DNA of 42,330 nucleotides from Gemmiger sp. Its GTDB lineage: Bacteria > Bacillota > Clostridia > Oscillospirales > Ruminococcaceae. The notes below the pieces were generated by a model. That model was not told the DNA's origin. It ran no database searches and was given only the letters and a program-made list of their open reading frames with translations. Positions 37,630 to 42,330 of this stretch are shown piece by piece; within the stretch, counting starts at the first letter, position 1; each line of letters begins with the position of its first letter. The position numbers were made by a program, and so were the translations under genes. The DNA lies in NCBI GenBank assembly GCA_051886555.1, contig JBJEYG010000393.1, positions 1-42,330 of the forward strand. The letters run 5' to 3'.

Positions 37630-38523
37630 TTACATGCCCTGATTTCCTTCCGCCAGGGCCGCCCTCACCGCTTCAGCGTCCGGTGCAAAGCGCACCGGTT
37701 CCGGCTCGCCGGTGCCGTCGTTCAGCGGCAGCACCCAGCAGCCCAAGTCCAGCCACCGGCCGAATTTGTAGCCGATGCGCGGCTCCATGCCGCAGCGCAC
37801 AAACCCCATTGCCTTGTGAAAAGCCTCCGACGGCGGGTTCGGGTGCGCCACCAGTGCAACGGCGTTGTAGTACCCCTGCGCGGTCAGGATTTCCAGCAGC
37901 GTCCGGTACAGCCGCCGCCCCAGGCCGAACCCCACGCAGTCGGGCGCCAGATAGATGGTCGTTTCCACATCCCAGGAAAACGCTTCGCGGCTGCGCCAGG
38001 GGTGGGCGCAGGCATACCCCTGCAGCATGCCGTCGGGGCTGTACGCCACCAGAAACGGGGCGCGCGTCAGTACGGCCGCAATATTTTCCCGGTACTCCTG
38101 CTCGGTGGAGGTGGGATACTGAAAGGTCGCGGTACTGTGGGTCACATACCAGTTGTACAGCGCGACCACCGCAGCCGCGTCATCCGGCGTGGCCATCCGG
38201 ATGCGGGGATGGCTCTGCTGCCGCCACTGCGCCGCCAGCTGCTCTTTTTCCGCTTTGGTCAGTTTTTTCAGCGCCGCTTCACGGCGCATGGCAGCGCTTC
38301 TGTCCGCGCAGCGCTCCGCGTAGGCCAGCCGGGCCGCGCCGTGCGCGCGGGTGTATTTTGCGCCGCGGCCGCTGCGATGGGCGCGCATCCGCCGGGCCAG
38401 GTCGTTGGTCCAGCCGGAATACAGGCTGCCGTCCGCGCAGCGCACCATGTAGGCGTAGGCCGCAGCCGGTTCGGGCAGACGGTCGGCCGCCGTGCTGGGT
38501 GCAACGCCCCGTGCGGCGCTCAT
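37630..38523 (-). CDS. GIY-YIG nuclease (UPF0213/YazA-like) fused to a PAT/YncA-like GNAT acetyltransferase
   Basis: N-terminal part has YAYMVRCADGSLYSGWTNDLARR..AH.SG.GAKYTR...E..LKKL. C-terminal part has IRMATPDD, YNWYV, TATF, TIYL, G.GLGRRLY, N..S..FH..MGF and GYKFGRWLD. Confidence 0.88.
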   Translation of the reverse strand: MSAARGVAPSTAADRLPEPAAAYAYMVRCADGSLYSGWTNDLARRMRAHRSGRGAKYTRAHGAARLAYAERCADRSAAMRREAALKKLTKAEKEQLAAQWRQQSHPRIRMATPDDAAAVVALYNWYVTHSTATFQYPTSTEQEYRENIAAVLTRAPFLVAYSPDGMLQGYACAHPWRSREAFSWDVETTIYLAPDCVGFGLGRRLYRTLLEILTAQGYYNAVALVAHPNPPSEAFHKAMGFVRCGMEPRIGYKFGRWLDLGCWVLPLNDGTGEPEPVRFAPDAEAVRAALAEGNQGM

Positions 38524-39356
38524 TCCCCGCTCACCGGGCGGCCGGCCGCTTTGAGGGTATAGCGGCAGGCCGCGATGGCGTCCTCTTTGGTTTCGGCGGT
38601 GACCAGGAAGCGGCTGGCATGGCAGAATTTCAGCGCCAGGCCGCTTTTTTCCCGCAATTCCTCCTCCGGGCGCCCCGCCCACGCCGCCGGGAAGGGCTGC
38701 TTGCTGCGCTTGGTGCGGTGATCGGTAACGCACTGGGCGCTCCATCCGCCCCGCTGGCTGGGATACACTACAAACAGCGCGTCGGTTTTGTACAGGCCGT
38801 TTTTCCACGGCATATATGCGGGCAGGATCACGATGCCGTCCTTCGCCTTTTTGTAGGCGCGCTGCACCGTCTCGTCGGCACGGTTCACGGCGTTGGCTGC
38901 GGCGATCTCATTTTCCAGCACCGTTTTTGCAAAAGGCACCGCCCGCCAGAAGCATTCGTCCGGATCGGCTTTCCCGTCCCACACCGGGTTGAAACTGCCG
39001 ATGGCATCCGCCAGCGAGTTCTGTTCGCCGGTATTGTCGTTCAGATCCAGCGGCTGAATGAAGTTCTCGTCCAGCAGGCGGGCCTGATGCTCCCCCACCA
39101 GCTGCGCGCCCAACACCCGCCACAGCAGACCGAACGCCGCGTAGGGCACGCCGTTGGGGCGGACCTCCCGCGGTTCGGAGTGGTGGTCGAACATACCGCC
39201 GCCCACATCGTACACGATACCGTTGAAGTTGTCCGGCACGGTAAAGCCCCGGCTGATTTTGATATCCGGCCGCACGATCTGCAGCAGCGCGGTGGCAAAC
39301 ACATCATCGGCGTGGAATTTGCCGCCGTGGGTAAACCCCTTTGCAGGTATTTTCAT
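38520..39356 (-). CDS. MYG1 (UPF0160) DHH-family exonuclease-like protein
   Basis: THGGKFHADD, DVGGG.FDHH, AAFGLLW, D..DN and FCH motifs; CAGGAG RBS. Confidence 0.9.
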   Translation of the reverse strand: MKIPAKGFTHGGKFHADDVFATALLQIVRPDIKISRGFTVPDNFNGIVYDVGGGMFDHHSEPREVRPNGVPYAAFGLLWRVLGAQLVGEHQARLLDENFIQPLDLNDNTGEQNSLADAIGSFNPVWDGKADPDECFWRAVPFAKTVLENEIAAANAVNRADETVQRAYKKAKDGIVILPAYMPWKNGLYKTDALFVVYPSQRGGWSAQCVTDHRTKRSKQPFPAAWAGRPEEELREKSGLALKFCHASRFLVTAETKEDAIAACRYTLKAAGRPVSGE

Positions 39357-39392
39357 GGATGGTTCTCCTGTTCTTCCTTGTTGTATTTGCTT

Positions 39393-39421
39393 ATTATAAC
39401 ACAGCGCAGTCCTTTTGCGAA
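39393..39421 (-). promoter_or_regulatory. Sigma-A promoter of the MYG1 operon
   Basis: TTCGCA-N17-TATAAT with an extended -10 TG. Confidence 0.65.
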
Positions 39422-39474
39422 GCATTCTGCCCCGGGCAGTTTTTCATTTTGCCGCTTTTCAACTTATTTTTTTG

Positions 39475-39509
39475 TGTTATAATAAAAAATGCGTCAAAAA
39501 ATGACGCAT
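39475..39509 (+). promoter_or_regulatory. Extended -10 promoter and operator-like inverted repeat upstream of the LTA synthase gene
   Basis: TGTTATAAT (39475-39483), then ATGCGTCA-N5-TGACGCAT (39489-39509). Confidence 0.6.
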
Positions 39510-39536
39510 GATAAGGAAAACATATTGAGGTATCCC

Positions 39537-41453
39537 ATGGAATCAAAAAAGTATTTTACCCCGGAGCGCAAAGCGGCATTGCAGCGGTTTTTGCTGCGCA
39601 GCGTGTTGCCCTTTGCGCTGGCGCTGGCGGCGGCTTTCATCGCCCGGTGGCAGCTGGAAGTTTCCGACGGCACCACCGCCGACTATCTGGCCGGGCAGTG
39701 GCCGGTATACGCGCCGCTGAACGCGCTGACCGCCTTCTGCGTTACGCTGATCCTGTTTGCCCTGTGCGGCAAATGGAGTTTGTCCACCGGCCTGTCGGGC
39801 GCGGTATTCACCGTCCTGGCCATCGTCAATTTCTACACCCGCGAGCTGCACGGCTCCGCTCTGATGCCGCAGGATGTGATGAACATCGGCACCGCGGCGG
39901 AGGTGATGGGTACCTACACGCTGCATCTGACGGCGGAGGTCAAAAAAATCCTGCTGGCCTATGTGCCGGTGCTGGGCCTGGCCTGGCTGCAGCGCATGCT
40001 GGCCTGCGGCGGGTTTTCCAAACCTGCCGTGAAAGCGCGCGCCACCTGGAAGCAGCGCGTCCTGCGCTGGGCCGGTTCCGCGCTGGGCTGTGCGGCGATC
40101 CTGTATTTCGGCTATTTCAGCCCCAACCCCATCAAGCCCGGCCAGACCTACGGCTGGGCCTGGCAGCTCACCTACTATAAGTATGGTTTTCTGGCGGGAA
40201 CCATCGAATCGGCCACGCTGCTGTCCAACCCCATCCTGATGCCGGACGGCTACTCCGACGAGGCCGCCGCCCGGGCCGTTGCCTCCGCCGGGGACTATGC
40301 CCGCACCACCGCCGAGGTGGATGAGCAGGAATATCCCGACATTGTGCTGATCCTGTCCGAGAGCTTTTATGACCTGTCGCTGGTCACCGACCTGCAGGCC
40401 GACGTGCCCTTTATGGAAGTGACCAAAAATCTGGACAATGCCATCTATGGCCATACGGTGTCCCCCCATGTGGGCGGCGGCACCAACACCAGCGAGTATG
40501 AGATGCTCACCTCCAACTCGATGATGCTGATGCCCAGCATCACGCCCTTCAACTGGCTGAACCTGAACAACGCCAACAGCCTGGTGAATTATCTGGAAAG
40601 TCTGGGGTACGCCGCGCTGGCGGCCCATCCCTACACCAACTCCAACTACCGGCGCGACACCGCCTGGCTGACGCTGGGCTTTGACTCCACCCATTTCCTG
40701 GAGGATTTCGCCTACGAGGAATTCTACGGCAGCCGCCCCTACCTGACCGACTCCGCCACCTACCGCGGGCTGGAGGATCTGTATGAGGCCATGCCGGAGG
40801 ATCAGCCCCGCTTCGCCTTTCTGGTTTCCATCCAGAGCCACGGCGACTACGATATGAATGACGCCGAACTGGACCTGGTCCATGCCGCCACCGACTACGG
40901 CGAATATGACGAAGTGGTGGATGAGTTTCTCAGCTGCATGTATCTGAGCGACGCCGCCGTGGCCGAGCTGACGCAGTATTTCACCGATCTGTATGAGCGG
41001 ACCGGACGCCGGGTGATCGTCTGCATGGCGGGCGACCATGCGCCCAGCTTTGTGGATCACATTGCCGACCACTCCGTCCCCAACAACGATCTGCAGATCC
41101 TGGAGCGCAGCACGCCCTATTTCATCTGGGCGAACTATCCGCTGGAAGCGGCCGGCCGAACCTCCCCCGACGACCCCTACAACCGTATGGATCTGTGCAA
41201 TCTGGCCCCCACACTGGTGGAAGCCGCCGGGCTGCCGTTGTCCGACCATTACCGCTACCTGCTGAACATGAAGCAGACGGTACCGGTGCAGACCGCGGCC
41301 AACGATTATATGACGGCAGACGGCACGGTACACACCTACGGAAGCGACGCCGCCCTGGACGAGCTGGTGCACGGGTACTTCTACCTGGAGTACAACAGCA
41401 TCGGCACCCGGGCGCACCGCACCGACGAGTGGTTCCTGCCCCGCAAAGGCTGA
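39537..41453 (+). CDS. LTA synthase family (LtaS/MdoB-like) phosphoglycerol transferase
   Basis: About 5 N-terminal TM segments; ILSESF, GGGTNTSEYE (catalytic Thr region), IQSHG and GDH motifs. Confidence 0.9.
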   Translation: MESKKYFTPERKAALQRFLLRSVLPFALALAAAFIARWQLEVSDGTTADYLAGQWPVYAPLNALTAFCVTLILFALCGKWSLSTGLSGAVFTVLAIVNFYTRELHGSALMPQDVMNIGTAAEVMGTYTLHLTAEVKKILLAYVPVLGLAWLQRMLACGGFSKPAVKARATWKQRVLRWAGSALGCAAILYFGYFSPNPIKPGQTYGWAWQLTYYKYGFLAGTIESATLLSNPILMPDGYSDEAAARAVASAGDYARTTAEVDEQEYPDIVLILSESFYDLSLVTDLQADVPFMEVTKNLDNAIYGHTVSPHVGGGTNTSEYEMLTSNSMMLMPSITPFNWLNLNNANSLVNYLESLGYAALAAHPYTNSNYRRDTAWLTLGFDSTHFLEDFAYEEFYGSRPYLTDSATYRGLEDLYEAMPEDQPRFAFLVSIQSHGDYDMNDAELDLVHAATDYGEYDEVVDEFLSCMYLSDAAVAELTQYFTDLYERTGRRVIVCMAGDHAPSFVDHIADHSVPNNDLQILERSTPYFIWANYPLEAAGRTSPDDPYNRMDLCNLAPTLVEAAGLPLSDHYRYLLNMKQTVPVQTAANDYMTADGTVHTYGSDAALDELVHGYFYLEYNSIGTRAHRTDEWFLPRKG

Positions 41454-41458
41454 ATTCC

Positions 41459-41499
41459 AAAAAAAGACCCGCCGGCGCAGGCCGGCGGGTCTTTGTGTT
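41459..41499. terminator. Bidirectional terminator
   Basis: aaagacccgccggc-gcag-gccggcgggtcttt with A-rich and T-rich flanks. Confidence 0.85.
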
Positions 41500-41507
41500 C
41501 TGCGAAT

Positions 41508-42330
41508 TTACAGTGCGGCAGCACGGGCGATGGCTTCGTCGATCATGCCGGCGCATTTGCGCACCTGGGGCATATCCTCCGGGATCAGATTGGGCAGCGG
41601 CTCACGCACACCGCCCAGATCAAGCCCGGCGCGGATCTTCAGCACGCCTTTCATCACGGCATACAGGTTGCCGTGGCAGGCGCACAGCGCATAGATGATA
41701 CGGTTGATGTCGTACTGCACCTGGCGGGCTTTGTCCACCTCACCGGCACGCACCAGCGCATCTGCTTTGAGGAGCAGCTCCGGCATGACGGCATAGGTAC
41801 CGCCGATGCCGCCGTCGGCGCCCATGATCCGGCCGGAAATAAACTGCTCGTCCGGACCGTTGAACACCACAAAGCCGTCCTTGCCGCGGGCGGAGATCCC
41901 TTCATCCTTGAACATCTGGATGTCCTGCACCGGCATGGAGCTGTTCTTGACCGCTACCACATTGGGGTTCCGGAGCATCTCCTTCAGCAGCGGCATGGTC
42001 AGCGCCGTGCCCGCCAGCTGGGGAATGTTGTAAATGACAAACTCGGTGTTGGGCGCGGCGGCGCTCATTGCGTTCCAGTAGGCGGCGATGGCGTACTCCG
42101 GCAGGTGGAAATAGATGGGCGGGATCGCCGCGATGGCATCCACGCCCTGGGCCTCGGCGTGGGCGGCAAGCTCCACGCTGTCGCGGGTGTTGTTACAGGC
42201 CACATGGGCAATGACGGTCACCCGGCCCCTGGCCACGGCCATCACATTTTCCAGCGTCACCTTGCGGTCGGCCACGCTCTGGTAGATGCACTCGCCGGAG
42301 GAGCCGCCCACATACAGGCCCTTGACGCCC
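41508..42330 (-). CDS. nanA: N-acetylneuraminate lyase (DHDPS family), 5' end outside the window
   Basis: GLYVGGSSGE, IAHV, PPIYF, YNIPQL, VKNSS, NGPDE and GGIGGTY motifs. Confidence 0.82.
   Translation of the reverse strand, partial: GVKGLYVGGSSGECIYQSVADRKVTLENVMAVARGRVTVIAHVACNNTRDSVELAAHAEAQGVDAIAAIPPIYFHLPEYAIAAYWNAMSAAAPNTEFVIYNIPQLAGTALTMPLLKEMLRNPNVVAVKNSSMPVQDIQMFKDEGISARGKDGFVVFNGPDEQFISGRIMGADGGIGGTYAVMPELLLKADALVRAGEVDKARQVQYDINRIIYALCACHGNLYAVMKGVLKIRAGLDLGGVREPLPNLIPEDMPQVRKCAGMIDEAIARAAAL

Overview
GC-rich chromosomal window from a probable gut Clostridia member (Oscillospiraceae/Ruminococcaceae-like; this is an inference from gene content, RBS and sigma-A promoter style). I found no integrase, transposase, CRISPR array or rRNA. 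Contents from left to right: partial cysK; minus-strand fruK, sfsA, nnrE and an M20 amidohydrolase; a 10-gene minus-strand surface-glycan operon (4544-15658); a DUF1540-like protein, aminotransferase, DUF3842-like protein and HAD phosphatase; uppP; an Fe/cobalamin-type ABC importer with cysG; an FMN alpha-hydroxy-acid dehydrogenase; a cupin; the ARG-box-controlled argGHCJBDF operon; an orphan gene; tRNA-Ser(CGA) followed by a lower-GC GT8-GT2-GT2 islet; MYG1 plus a GIY-YIG/GNAT fusion; an LTA synthase; and partial nanA. The best candidate for an interesting system is the glycan operon. It pairs a GT11 alpha-1,2-fucosyltransferase with an NXN-type GT6 (ABO-transferase family), a flippase and a GT-C-like membrane protein, which suggests display of a blood-group A/B-like epitope on a Gram-positive commensal. 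All calls come from reading motifs by eye; no database searches were run.
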